Source: an uncultured Planctomycetota bacterium (GTDB lineage Bacteria > Planctomycetota > Planctomycetia > Isosphaerales > Isosphaeraceae). Taken from it: 64,000 nt of DNA. The number at the start of each line of letters is the position of its first letter. The first letter of the stretch is position 1. Of this stretch, positions 18,306 through 28,921 are shown piece after piece. Under the pieces are notes generated by a model that was not told the DNA's origin, made no database searches, and saw only the letters and a list, made by a program, of their open reading frames with translations. Both the position numbers and the translations under genes were made by a program. The stretch spans positions 32,001-96,000 of the forward strand of contig CAWJTV010000015.1 of assembly GCA_963845755.1 (NCBI GenBank). The letters run 5' to 3'.

Positions 18306-21300
18306 CTACTCCTGGCCGCGCTTGGCGACCGATTCTCTCGGCTTGATGTCTTTCATGACCTCGGCGACCGCCACCTCGAGCTGGCGGTCGCGGCCGGCGA
18401 GGTTGTCCTCGGGGGAGTTCTCGACGTAGATGTCCGGCTGGACGGCGTGGTTCTCCATGTTGGTCCGGGCCGAGTCGGCCAGGAAGACGCCGACGCCGGG
18501 CGTCCGGATCGTCGAGCCGTCAATCAAGGAGTAGCTCCCGGTCCCGATCACGGCGCCCATCGTCGGCGTGCCGACCACCTTGCCGAGCCCGAGGGCCCGG
18601 AAGCCGGCGGGGAACATCTCGGCGTTGGAAGCACTCCGCCAGTTCTGAAGCACGACCTTCGGGCCGAAGTAGCCGGTGAAGGGGCGCTCGGTCGGCTCGA
18701 CCCGCGCGGCTGCCAGACCTCATATGGGCGCTGGACCAGGATCGCCAGCAGCTCCTGCTCGATGTTGCCGCCGCCGTTCCAGCGCTCGTCGATGACCAGG
18801 GCCTCCTTGTGGCGGAACTCGGCCAGCTCCTTCTTGAACTTTGCCAGCGAGGACGGATCCATCGCCTGGATATGCAAGTAGCCGACCCGGTCGCCAGATA
18901 GCTTGTTCAACTCGCTTGCGCCGCTCCTTGACCCAGCGATCGTAGCGGAGGCCGTTGAAGGCGGTTACCGAGATCGGCTCATACTTGACCTTCCAGGCGC
19001 CTTCCGGCGCGGGCTTGTCGTTGAGCGTCAGCTCGACCTTGCGATTGAGCCGGCGGCCGAGGAACGCGTAGTAATCATCGCCGGCCTTCACGGGCTTGCC
19101 GTCGATGCCGATCAGGTAGTTCCCCTTGGCGACCTTGATCCAATCCTTGTCGGCCGGCCCGTCCTCGTAGACATGGGCGACCTTGTAATGGCCGTTCGCC
19201 GCATCCGCCTCGAGGTCGAGGCCAAGGTGGCGCGTGATGACCGGCGTAGCCTCGCCCGCGCCCGCGGTCCGGCCGCGACCGGCCGAGGCCCCGGTGTGTG
19301 AGGCGTTCAACTCGCCAATCATCTCGTTGATCACATTCATCAGCTCGTGCCGGTCGGCGACGTAGGCCACCAGCGGCTTGTACTTGGCACGCATGGCGTC
19401 CCAATCGGTGCCGTGCAGCTTCGGATCGTAGAAGCGATACTTCATGCAGCCGCCAGGCGTCGTCGAACATCTCGTCCCACTCCTGGGGCTTCTCGATCCG
19501 GACGGTGACGTTGAAGTTGATCCGTCGCTTCACACCGCCGCCCGCTCCCGCGGCACCGGCGGAATCGCCGCCATCGCCGCCACCCCGCAAGCCGCCACCC
19601 CCGCCACCCCGGCCGGCCATCGCGGCGAAACCGCCGGCGCCACCTCCGCCTCCACCACCGACGTTCGTCGTGTAGACGGACTCGCCTTCCTGGAAGTAGA
19701 GGGTCCGGCCGTCTTTGGTGAGAGCGAGGTGTGAGATGCCGCCGCGGAACCCGCCCCGGAACCCGCGCGGCCGGTCATCGCCCTCGGCGCCGGTGGCTCT
19801 AGGCGTGGCCGTGGCGAGCCGAGTCATCCGCTTGCCATTATCCTGGATCGAGTAGATCGAGGTCGTGCCGCCTCCGCCCCGGGCGCCTCCGCGCCGCGGC
19901 CACTCGCACCTCCCGCGGCTCCTTCCGAGGCGACGAAGATGACCGTGCGGCCGTCGCGGGCCGGCAGGTAATTGAATACCGAGCCAGCCCGGGTGACTTG
20001 CCGGGTGCGCCGCTTCAGGCCGGCATGGTCGATCTGGGGCGTCTTGGGTGTCACCACCCGCGCCGGTGCTCCCCGACCTGCGGCCCGGTCCCGCTTCCGG
20101 GCGCGGTTCCGGCTCGTCGGGGTCGCTGGTCAGCTTCTCCAGCGGCACGCAGAAGATTTGCGACGTCGGCCGAGTCTCGCCGCCGAACTCGCCCTCGCGG
20201 CGCGTGAAGTACACCTTGGTGCCGTCGGCCGAGAACCGCGGGTTGGACTCGTCGGCCGAGTCGAACGTGATCTTCTTCTCCTCGCCGCCGGCGCTGGGGA
20301 TCAGGTAGATGTCCGTCGAACGGGTCAGGTCGGCCTTCGAGTAGGCGAGCAGCTTCCCGTCCGGCGACCAGGCGGGCGTGCCGATCGGCCCATAGACCGT
20401 CGCGGTAATCTCCTTAAGATTCTTGCCGTCTGCGCTCATCGTGTAGAGCTTGCGGTCCGACGTGGTGAACGCGATCGACTTGCTGTCCGGCGACCAGGTG
20501 AAGGACGACTTGAGGGCATCCAGGTCGGTGACCTTCTGAGCGGTACCGGAGCCGTCGGCGGCGATGATGTGGATCTCCTCCCGGCCACCGGGGTCGGTGA
20601 CGAAGGCGATCCGCTTCCCGTCCGGGGAATACACCACGTCCCGGTCGCGAGCCGCGCCCTCGGTCAGTTGGCGAAGCTCGCCCCCCTCTTCATCCGTCGG
20701 CACGCTGAACAGCTCGCCATGGACGCTCAGCACGATTCGCTTGCCGTCAGGCGCCAGGTCGAAATCGTTGACCGTCCCGTTGAAGTCGCGGAACTCGGTC
20801 AAGGTCTCCTGCGTCTCGGCGGCGATTTGAAGCGCGATCGGCTTGACTTCCCGGCTGGCGACGTCAAGCTTCCAAATGCCGAAATCGTGCTCGAACACGA
20901 TCGTCTTCCCATCGCCGCTCATGCCCGGGAAGCGGACATCGCCCGCGGTGAAGCGGGTCACCTGCTCGGCCGTTCCGTCGGTCTCGCGCACCCTCCAGAT
21001 GTTGGTTAACCCCTTTCCTTCCCGGTCGCTGACGAAGTAGATGAAGCCATCATGGCCCCAGAGTGGCCAGGCGTCCATGCCATCGAAGCTGCCCACGTCC
21101 TTGAACGTCCGCGCGGCCAGATCCATGACCGTGACGTCACTCTGATAAGCACCCCGGTAATACTTCCGCCAGTAAGCCTGGGATTTGCGGTTGATGGCCA
21201 ACTTGGTTCCGTCCGGTGAGTACGAGCCGGCGACACCCATGTCCGGTCCGGCGTCTCGGGGTAGGCCGCCCTCGATCGAGACCACGTACAACTTCCCCAT

Positions 21301-21693
21301 GAAATCCTCGCCGCGCTGACTGGCAAACAACACGTTTTTCCCATCAGGCGTCCAGTCCAGTACGGATTCGTCGGCGGAATGGACCGTCAGGCGCCGGACT
21401 GCCCCGCCGCCGGCCGGGATCAGATAGACGTCCATGTTCCCCTCGCGGTCGGAGGAGAACGCGATCCATCGACCGTCGGGCGAGAACTGCGGATAGATAT
21501 CACGGGCCTTGTGCACAGTCAAACGCTGGAGATTCTTCCCATCCTCATCGGCCGTCCAGATGTCGCCAAGATAGGCAAAAGTAAGCTTGCCTGCATGGTA
21601 ATCCGGGTAACGGACCAGTCGGGCTTCGCGGGCGGTCGCCAGGTGAGGGATGCTGAGGAGCATGGTCAGGTAGAGCGGGATGCGTCTCATCAT
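18306..21693 (-). CDS. Tricorn-type S41 protease (PD40 beta-propellers, PDZ, catalytic domain); ~5 frameshifts
   Basis: Signal peptide, repeated P-x-[FW]SPDG motifs, EMFDDAWR/KYRFYDPKLHGTDW, EMIGELNASH, VGYLHI, VIDERWNGGG, SASNAE and GTPTMGAVI. Frameshifts near 20080, 19895, 19445, 18910 and 18700. Confidence 0.9.
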
Positions 21694-22290
21694 GGATGTA
21701 TACTCTGAGGGGATCAGGGAATCGCAACCTGCGGGGACGTTCGTGGCAAAGGATGTCCAAAGTCCACCCAAAATAGGCGACAACGAATGCAGCGAGGGCC
21801 CGCCGGTTCAGTTCGGGGGCGAGAATCAACCGAAAGCCGGTCGCGACACGTGATGGACCGTTCTCGACGGCGCCGTCCGCCGGCTTCGGCGTCTCGGATT
21901 TCTCGGCATGATCACGATGGAGGGCCAGGTTGTCGAGACCCTGGCGCAACCAGAGTCGGAATCAAGACCCCAGGATCGGCCATCCGGTGGGTTTCTTGGT
22001 ATTGAGTTAGGCCATCGCGTATCTCTCTGTCGCTAGATAATATTGACTGCGCTCTGGGTTGTTGCCGCAAGCACTCATTCGGTGATCAACCACCCCCCCC
22101 TGCGACGAAGACCGTGGACACTCTGTTCAGAGCAGAGAATCGATCGAACCGCGACTGTGAAGTGCGGCCCGAGGCCCGACGTGATTCAGCCGCTCCCTCT
22201 CAGTCATCGTTCTCTGGGTTTGTAGCATGAAGGCGGTGCTGTGAACCTTCATCCAGTCCTTTGTCCGAACTCGATCGAGGATTCTCGAAG

Positions 22291-23907
22291 ATGATCCGGC
22301 GAATTCGCGAGATGTTGCTGAGCCTGACCAGCATGTTAGTCGCAATCGTCGCCCTCTCCTCCTTGCTCATAGCGAGCTACTCCCTGGAGACCTGGCCGTG
22401 GGGCGTCCATCGGCCAATCCGGGAACAGTACGAATTGCGGGTGGTGCGTCGTGTGAAACTGGCTCCGACCTTGAGTGCTCCCGGGCGAGTGGAGAGCTCC
22501 CGCAGGACTCTGATCCGATGCGAGCTCGAGAACATTTCCGGTGGCTCGGCCAGGACCAGTACAGCCTCGACCATCCTCTGGCTGATTCCGGAGGGGAGCA
22601 TGGTCAAGAAAGGCGACGTTCTGGCCAAGCTCGATGTGTCCGGTTTCGACGAGATGCTTCGTCAACAAACGATTCTTGTCGAGCAGGCCAAGTCCAGCCA
22701 CCTCCAGGCCACGCTCGATCACGAGATCGCCCAACTTGCGGTCAAGGAGTATCTCGAAGGCACGGTGCCGGAAACCGTCTCGCAGATGGAGAGCAGCCTC
22801 GCGCTGGCGAGCTCGGACAAGACCCGGGCCGAAGACCGCCTGGACTGGACCAAGAAAATGAACCAGAAGGGGTACGCCTCGATCGCGCAGATCGAGACCG
22901 ACAAACAGACTGTCACGACCGCGGAACTCGCCCTCCAGAGACAGGTCGGTTCGTATGATTTGTTCATGCGGTTCACGCTGCCGAAGACGCAGAAGACCCT
23001 GGAAGGCGATGTGAAAGCCGCATTGACCTCGCTGCACAACGAACAGGTTCGCCTGCAGCGACAACTCGAACGGTACGAGACGCTGAAGAAACAGGTTGAC
23101 AATTGCACCATCCGCGCTCCTCAGGACGGCGTCGTCTACTATCACCAACCTCGCCCCGGACGGGGTGGACCCAACTCCCTGGATCAGCCGATCGAGGAGG
23201 GAATGGCCGTACGACAGAAACAGGAGATCTTCTATCTGCCGGACCTGTCGGATATGGAGATTCAGATGGCACTGAATGAGTCGATCGTGGCCCGGATCTC
23301 CCCCGGCCTGCGGGCACAGGTCCGGTTCGAGGCCGTGCCGGATCTGGTGCTCGAGGGCGAAGTCGCCACCATCAATCAGATTCCCCTCCAAGGTTCGCGA
23401 GAGGAAGACATCCGCAATTTCGTCAGCATCGTCAAGCTTGACCGGAGTGCTCCCGGCCTGAAGCCGGGCATGACCGCGCAGGTCTATGTCAGCCTACCTC
23501 AACGCGAGGGCGTTTTGGTCGTCCCGCATGAGGCGGTCGTAACCGAGGAAGGTCGCAGCGTCTGCTTCCTGCCGCGCGAAGATCACCTGGAGCGTCGCGA
23601 GGTCAAAGTGGGAGAAGGCACCTCTGATTTGATCGAGATCACCGAAGGACTCACCGAAGGCGATGAGGTCGTGCTCAATCCACCCGTGCGGGCAAGTCGC
23701 CCCCGCTCTTTGGCGGGTTTCGACGATTCCATGCCCTGGCCGGCCGCCGATTTCTCCAAGGTCGCCCCCTCGGCGAAGTTCGGAAATCGGGGTGGCCGAG
23801 CGTCCGCAGACCCCGGCGAACCCCGCAAAGGCCGCCGCAACGGCGGCGACCCGACCAGAAAGGGACGCGGGCGAGCACCTCGCAACACCGATCCTGCGAC
23901 CGAGTGA
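22291..23907 (+). CDS. Efflux periplasmic adaptor subunit (HlyD/MFP family)
   Basis: N-terminal TM, IPEGSMVKKGDVLAKLD, long coiled coil, CTIRAPQDGVV, LKPGMTAQV, GLTEGDEVVLNP, and a basic Gly/Arg tail. Confidence 0.9.
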   Translation: MIRRIREMLLSLTSMLVAIVALSSLLIASYSLETWPWGVHRPIREQYELRVVRRVKLAPTLSAPGRVESSRRTLIRCELENISGGSARTSTASTILWLIPEGSMVKKGDVLAKLDVSGFDEMLRQQTILVEQAKSSHLQATLDHEIAQLAVKEYLEGTVPETVSQMESSLALASSDKTRAEDRLDWTKKMNQKGYASIAQIETDKQTVTTAELALQRQVGSYDLFMRFTLPKTQKTLEGDVKAALTSLHNEQVRLQRQLERYETLKKQVDNCTIRAPQDGVVYYHQPRPGRGGPNSLDQPIEEGMAVRQKQEIFYLPDLSDMEIQMALNESIVARISPGLRAQVRFEAVPDLVLEGEVATINQIPLQGSREEDIRNFVSIVKLDRSAPGLKPGMTAQVYVSLPQREGVLVVPHEAVVTEEGRSVCFLPREDHLERREVKVGEGTSDLIEITEGLTEGDEVVLNPPVRASRPRSLAGFDDSMPWPAADFSKVAPSAKFGNRGGRASADPGEPRKGRRNGGDPTRKGRGRAPRNTDPATE

Positions 23908-24106
23908 TGAGCCGGATTCCCATCCGAGGATGGACTTGGTGAAACTTTTGTTTTACAATGAGCTTCGATGGACTTGGGGTCGAGTGGCCACCCACGCCGG
24001 ATCCCAGGTTATACGAATGGATAGGCTCTCCGCTCGGACCGGCTAGATCTGTCGTTTCGTCGAGATCATGGCAGGGAGTTGGAGAGCGGCGCGATGAGGT
24101 TACCCC

Positions 24107-25594
24107 ATGCAAGGGCGACGCAGTTCCCGGCTGGCATCGATCGGAGTCTGGTTGATTCGGCTCGCCAGCGTGCTGGCGGTGGTCGGAGGCTTGGTATTCG
24201 GATGGGCGCGATATCACGGCCGGAGGCCACCGGGTGAGCGCTACGCGATCACGGGCGTTCGACGGACGAACCTCTACCCGACCTTGATCGCCAGCGGGCG
24301 GGTCGAGAGTGCGAAGCGGACCTTGATCCAGTGCCAGCTCGAGAATGTCGCGGTGGGCGTCCGGGGCCAGCGGCTCTCGGCAGGCGGGGCATCGACCCTG
24401 ATCCGCCTGATCCCCGACGGCACGCTCGTGAAACGAGGCGAGGTGCTGGCGGTCCTGGACTCCTCCGATTACGAGGAGCTGGTCCGTCTCCAGCTCATCA
24501 CCGTGGAGCGGTCCAAGGCCGACCTCCTTCAAGCCCAGCTCGACCACGAGATCGCCAGGCTGGCGGTCCTGGAATTCCGCGAGGGGACGATGCAGGAGAC
24601 TCTCGAGGACTTCCGGGGCAGGATTACCCTGGCACGATCCGACCTGGAACGCGCGAACGACCGCATGAATTGGTCTCGAAGCATGAAGCAGAAGGGCTAT
24701 GTCTCGGTGAGTACCGTCCGAAGCGACGAGTTCGCCGCGGCGCGGGCGGAAGAGACCCTGAAGCAGGAAGAGTCGGCCTCCGAGCTCTTCCGCAAGTACA
24801 CGGCGCCCCGGACGCTCCGCGAACTGGAAGGCGCGGTCGTCGGAACCGGGGCCACCCTCAGTTATCAGCAGCTTCGCACCCAGCGCCATGTCGCGCGCCT
24901 GGCCATGCTGGAGAAGCAGGTTGTGTCATGCACGATCCGGGCTCCGCATGACGGCTTCGTCATCCATGCGAATGACAACCGCCGCCAGATCATCATCGAG
25001 GAAGGGATGCCGGTTTATGAGAGGCAACCCCTATTCTACCTTCCCGACCTCAACGAGATGGAGATTGTCGCACAGCTCCACGAGTCCATCGTCAAGGAGG
25101 TCCGTCCGGGCATGGGGGCCAAGGTCGAAGTGGAGACGTTTCCCGACCGCGAGATGGAAGGACTCGTCGAAGCGGTCTCGCCCCTGCCCACGCTCCAATG
25201 GCGGACCGATGTCCGCTACTTCGACGCGATCGTGAAGATCGCGAAATCCCCGCCCGGTCTCCGGCCGGGAATGACCGCGCAGGTTGAGATCACGATGCCG
25301 AGCCGCCAGAATGTCCTGACCATCCCCACGGAAGCCGTGGCGTCGGATGAGGGTCAAGATATCTGTCTTGTCGTCCATGAAGATGGATTGGAACGGCGCC
25401 AGGTGAAGTTGGGACAGGTTACGCGTGAGATGACCGAAGTCACCGATGGACTGCGCGAAGGGGAGCAAGTGGTCCTCAATCCGAAGCAGGAAGACGCCGG
25501 TGTCGACAATCCGATCGACGCGGTCGATGTGGTCGGGTCCGGCGAACTGGCGAATTCGGACTCCGCCGCAACAGAGGTTGCCGCAGCGCGGTGA
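24107..25594 (+). CDS. Efflux periplasmic adaptor subunit (HlyD/MFP family), paralog of the upstream gene
   Basis: TM, IPDGTLVKRGEVLAVLD, CTIRAPHDGFV, LRPGMTAQV, GLREGEQVVLNP. Collinear with the 22291 gene. Confidence 0.9.
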   Translation: MQGRRSSRLASIGVWLIRLASVLAVVGGLVFGWARYHGRRPPGERYAITGVRRTNLYPTLIASGRVESAKRTLIQCQLENVAVGVRGQRLSAGGASTLIRLIPDGTLVKRGEVLAVLDSSDYEELVRLQLITVERSKADLLQAQLDHEIARLAVLEFREGTMQETLEDFRGRITLARSDLERANDRMNWSRSMKQKGYVSVSTVRSDEFAAARAEETLKQEESASELFRKYTAPRTLRELEGAVVGTGATLSYQQLRTQRHVARLAMLEKQVVSCTIRAPHDGFVIHANDNRRQIIIEEGMPVYERQPLFYLPDLNEMEIVAQLHESIVKEVRPGMGAKVEVETFPDREMEGLVEAVSPLPTLQWRTDVRYFDAIVKIAKSPPGLRPGMTAQVEITMPSRQNVLTIPTEAVASDEGQDICLVVHEDGLERRQVKLGQVTREMTEVTDGLREGEQVVLNPKQEDAGVDNPIDAVDVVGSGELANSDSAATEVAAAR

Positions 25595-25963
25595 GGATCC
25601 GAACGGTTGAAGAAATCGCACAAGCCCACCGATCCGAAACTATTCCATTCTCGATCCGAACTATCGCCCGCTGACGGCTCCAAATCCGTTCGCCGGCTGC
25701 CGAACGGTCCGACTGTATCGGCCGAGGACGTGGAACCGGGTCGATGATTGTCTTTCTGATTCATCTCGCACCCGTCTACCGACCGAATCCACATTCGGCG
25801 TGGACCAACGCGCGGTGCTGGTCGCCGTTGTGGAGTCTGAATCCATCGAGGCCTCCCGCTGTCACTAGCCATTCAACGTATCGCGCCGATCCGAGCGGGC
25901 GTGGTCATCCGGCGGTGAGGACGACTCACCCGATCGCGAAGAGCCTTGAGCGAGCGAGAGCCC

Positions 25964-26491
25964 ATGAGTTCCCGGCGCGCCCCATCCCAATCGACGCACT
26001 CCGCTTCGCCCTCCGGACCGGCGATAATCAATGCGATTCTGGTCGGATCAGCGATCCTCTGGGGAGTGAGCCTGCTGGTGAGACATGGCCGTGTCACCTG
26101 GCCTCCCTACGCGCTGCTTTCCAGTCTGGCCACCGTGGCCGGCTGCCTCGCCTTGGTCGGGCCCATCATCTTGTTCCGCTCCTCGGAGATTGAAGGGAGC
26201 CTTGGTGAGCTGGGTTGGCTGTCTGCAGGACTGCTCGTCTGGCTGTTCGACCTGGTTGCAGTGTTTCAGGGTCAGTGGAAAAGCGTCCACTGGGCGACAC
26301 CGATCTCCGATCGAACGCTGGGGCTGATGGTCCTGGCCGTTCTGCTAGCGGGGTGGAAGTGCGGACTGGCTCAACGGAACTGGTCGTGGACCAACGTGGC
26401 CGGATGGATGCTGAGCGTATTCTGGGTCGCGATGGCCGTCTGCTCGTGGATCCTCTCGCCAGCGGCACGGGCGACCGTCGCCACGCTCTGA
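25964..26491 (+). CDS. Hypothetical integral membrane protein (~5 TM segments)
   Basis: Successive hydrophobic, Trp-rich segments and a coding-like codon pattern. Confidence 0.7.
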   Translation: MSSRRAPSQSTHSASPSGPAIINAILVGSAILWGVSLLVRHGRVTWPPYALLSSLATVAGCLALVGPIILFRSSEIEGSLGELGWLSAGLLVWLFDLVAVFQGQWKSVHWATPISDRTLGLMVLAVLLAGWKCGLAQRNWSWTNVAGWMLSVFWVAMAVCSWILSPAARATVATL

Positions 26492-26673
26492 TCCTTGACG
26501 GCATCGGCCACGAAGATTAGCCTCGATGGATACCTTTCTCCCGGCATTCGGGTCGGGAGGGGATTGAGACCCGATCACTGCGATCATTCGGATCGGGCCC
26601 GGTGTGCGACGGGCGGCACCGGCCTCGATCGTCATTCCCGCTCATAAACCACGCGACCATGTCCACCGGGAGG

Positions 26674-27513
26674 ATGTCATCTGTGGCGACCGATCAGAAA
26701 ACCCAATACATCGCCGACGAAGCGATCCCAGCCATCGAGAACGAACTGCCGACTTACCGGGCTATCAGCAAGCCTGCGACCTTCAGTCTCCTCTGCGGGA
26801 TCCTGGCCTCCTTCGCTTTTGCCAACTTGTTTTTCCTGGTATTCGCGGTCTTCGCCGTGATTCTGGGCGTACTCGCCAACCTGGCGATCCGTCGCCATCC
26901 TGACATCCTGACCGGCCGCCGTCTGGCCAATGGCGGCATCTGCCTGGGCATCACCTTCGGATTGGTCGTCACGACCTACACCATCGTTCAGTCATTCCTC
27001 TTGACCCGGGATGCCACCCAGTTCGGAAAGCACTATGCCGAAGTCCTCCAAAAGGGCAGTTTCGGCGACATCCTTTGGTACGGCCTCTATCCCGATGCAC
27101 GGAAGAACAAGACGCCCGAGCAAGCTTTGCACGACTTCGAGACCACCAAATCGAAGGACCGCATGGTCATGGAACAGAAGATCGGACCGTTGCAGAAACT
27201 GAAGAAGCAACTCTCTGCGACTGACGGCGGACATCTCCATTTCGTGGACATCGAAAACCATGATATCGACCAGAGTGGTGGCCAGCTCGTCTACTACGCA
27301 CTCGCACTCTACGAGGTCGAAGGGTCGGCTGTGAAAGGATCGCCCGGCCCCACCCAGCACGCATTGGCGATCTTCAAAGGAATCCCCAAGGCCAAGGGTC
27401 GCGGTTATGAATGGTGGGTCGACGACCTGAGATTCCCCTACGAGCAGAAGTCCTTCAAGGTACCCGACAAACCGGTCGACGACGGCCACGGCCACGCCGG
27501 CACCGGCCACTGA
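26674..27513 (+). CDS. Membrane protein with DUF4190-like N-terminal TM hairpin (start uncertain)
   Basis: PTYRAISKPATFSLLCG...AVILGVLANLAIRRHPDILTGRRLANGG, then a soluble domain ending in DDGHGHAGTGH. Confidence 0.7.
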   Translation: MSSVATDQKTQYIADEAIPAIENELPTYRAISKPATFSLLCGILASFAFANLFFLVFAVFAVILGVLANLAIRRHPDILTGRRLANGGICLGITFGLVVTTYTIVQSFLLTRDATQFGKHYAEVLQKGSFGDILWYGLYPDARKNKTPEQALHDFETTKSKDRMVMEQKIGPLQKLKKQLSATDGGHLHFVDIENHDIDQSGGQLVYYALALYEVEGSAVKGSPGPTQHALAIFKGIPKAKGRGYEWWVDDLRFPYEQKSFKVPDKPVDDGHGHAGTGH

Positions 27514-27606
27514 TCGCCGAATGGTGCGATCCCTGTAATGGGTGGTTGCCTTGCTGAAATCGCGAGCGAAGCGACAAGTACCATTCCCCCGAGGCTTCGG
27601 GACCGC

Positions 27607-28013
27607 TTACCGTTCCGGGGCATAGGTCGAGCAGCAATGTTCGGTCTCCCAGAGCACCACTTCGACGATGGGCAAACCGGCGTCTTGCGCGTGCTCGTAG
27701 ATTAGCCGGGCGATATTCTCGGCCGTCGGGTTGCAGTCCATCACGAAGACACGCTCGCCACGATCGCGAAGCACGGGAAGTAGGGGATCGTCTCGGCAGA
27801 GCAACATATTGTGATCCAGGTTCTCATCGATCCATCGCTGGACCTTTTGCTTGATCTCCACGAAATCGACCAGCATCCCGCCGCGTCAAGTTCGGGGCCC
27901 TGGAGGGTGATGACCGCGCGGCCGTTGTGGCCGTGAAGGTGCCGGCATTTCCCCTCGTAGTTGAGAAGACGGTGGCCGTAGCAGAAGTCGATCTCCCGAG
28001 TCACACGGTACAT
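27607..28013 (-). CDS. queD: 6-carboxytetrahydropterin synthase; 1 frameshift (~27880)
   Basis: FCYGHRL...CRHLHGHN, then GMLVDF...LDHNML...NPTAENIA...LWETE in the second frame. Confidence 0.88.
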
Positions 28014-28158
28014 TAGCCTACGAGTCCTTGAAAGCGATTCGGCCTTTCGCCGGCTGGAATGTCCAGAAGCGCGGATCAGCTCCTTCAGTCCTGCGTTTTT
28101 CGAGACGTACGTCCGTGGGCTCTTTCTGTCCCAGGGACGCGGCTCAAGGATACGAGGA

Positions 28159-28824
28159 CTAACGGGCGTACACAGTGCGATCCGTCACGCCCGCGTCCTG
28201 GAAGCCTTTCTTCCTCTCGGCGCATTTATTACAAGCACCGCAGTGGAGACCGTCGATCGGGTTGATGCAGGAGAACGTCAGGTGGAGGGGTAGGTCGCTG
28301 CCACGTGCGATGACTTCGGCCTTGTGCAAGCAATCGAAGGGCCGAATCAGTCGTAATGCGCCGCCCATCGCCTGATTCAACAGATCCTCCAACTTCCGGA
28401 AGAAGTCCGGCGTGCTGTCCGGGAAGGGGTTCGAGCCGAGCGACCCCAAGGCCAGAGCTCGGATCCCGCGGAGCCGGCACCAGATGGCCGCCTTGACGGT
28501 AAGGAGCAGGTTCCGCCCCGGCAGATACACGGCCTCGTCCGCAGTCTCGGAGCCGGGGACAGCCCGCCCGTCTGTGCTCCAGTGAGAGCCATAAACCTCG
28601 GCAATGGGTTCATCGAGGACGATCAGACCATCCAATCCCTCCGCCTCGACGTGGGAGAGGAACTGGTTTAGTGCGGCGATCTCGGAGGCTTCCCATCTCA
28701 GTCCTGAGCGGATGTAGAGTGGTACAACTCTCGGGTACTCGCGCAACAGGTCCACACAAAGGATGGCGCTATCGAGCCCTCCGCTGATCAGGACGGCGCT
28801 GGCGGGCTGATCCAGTCGGGGCAT
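28159..28824 (-). CDS. queC: 7-cyano-7-deazaguanine synthase
   Basis: PP-loop SGGLDS, YLPGRNLLL, FPDSTPDF and Zn ligands TFSC...HCGACNKCAER. Confidence 0.88.
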   Translation of the reverse strand: MPRLDQPASAVLISGGLDSAILCVDLLREYPRVVPLYIRSGLRWEASEIAALNQFLSHVEAEGLDGLIVLDEPIAEVYGSHWSTDGRAVPGSETADEAVYLPGRNLLLTVKAAIWCRLRGIRALALGSLGSNPFPDSTPDFFRKLEDLLNQAMGGALRLIRPFDCLHKAEVIARGSDLPLHLTFSCINPIDGLHCGACNKCAERKKGFQDAGVTDRTVYAR

Positions 28825-28921
28825 GGCTCGAGACCGACGATTGCGAGGAAGTTCTGTCGTGTTCCAGTGGGGTCCAGGTCTGCCTATTCTAGGCAGGTGC
28901 CGGCCGACCGGCAACATGCCG

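Noticed and set aside
28014..28158. preQ1 riboswitch near queD/queC
   Set aside because: No recognisable preQ1 stem-loop with an A-rich tail.
27607..28824. queC/queD as a deazaguanine DNA-modification or QatC-type defence system
   Set aside because: No dpdA, tgt-like, ATPase or TatD neighbours; the context is housekeeping RNA maturation.
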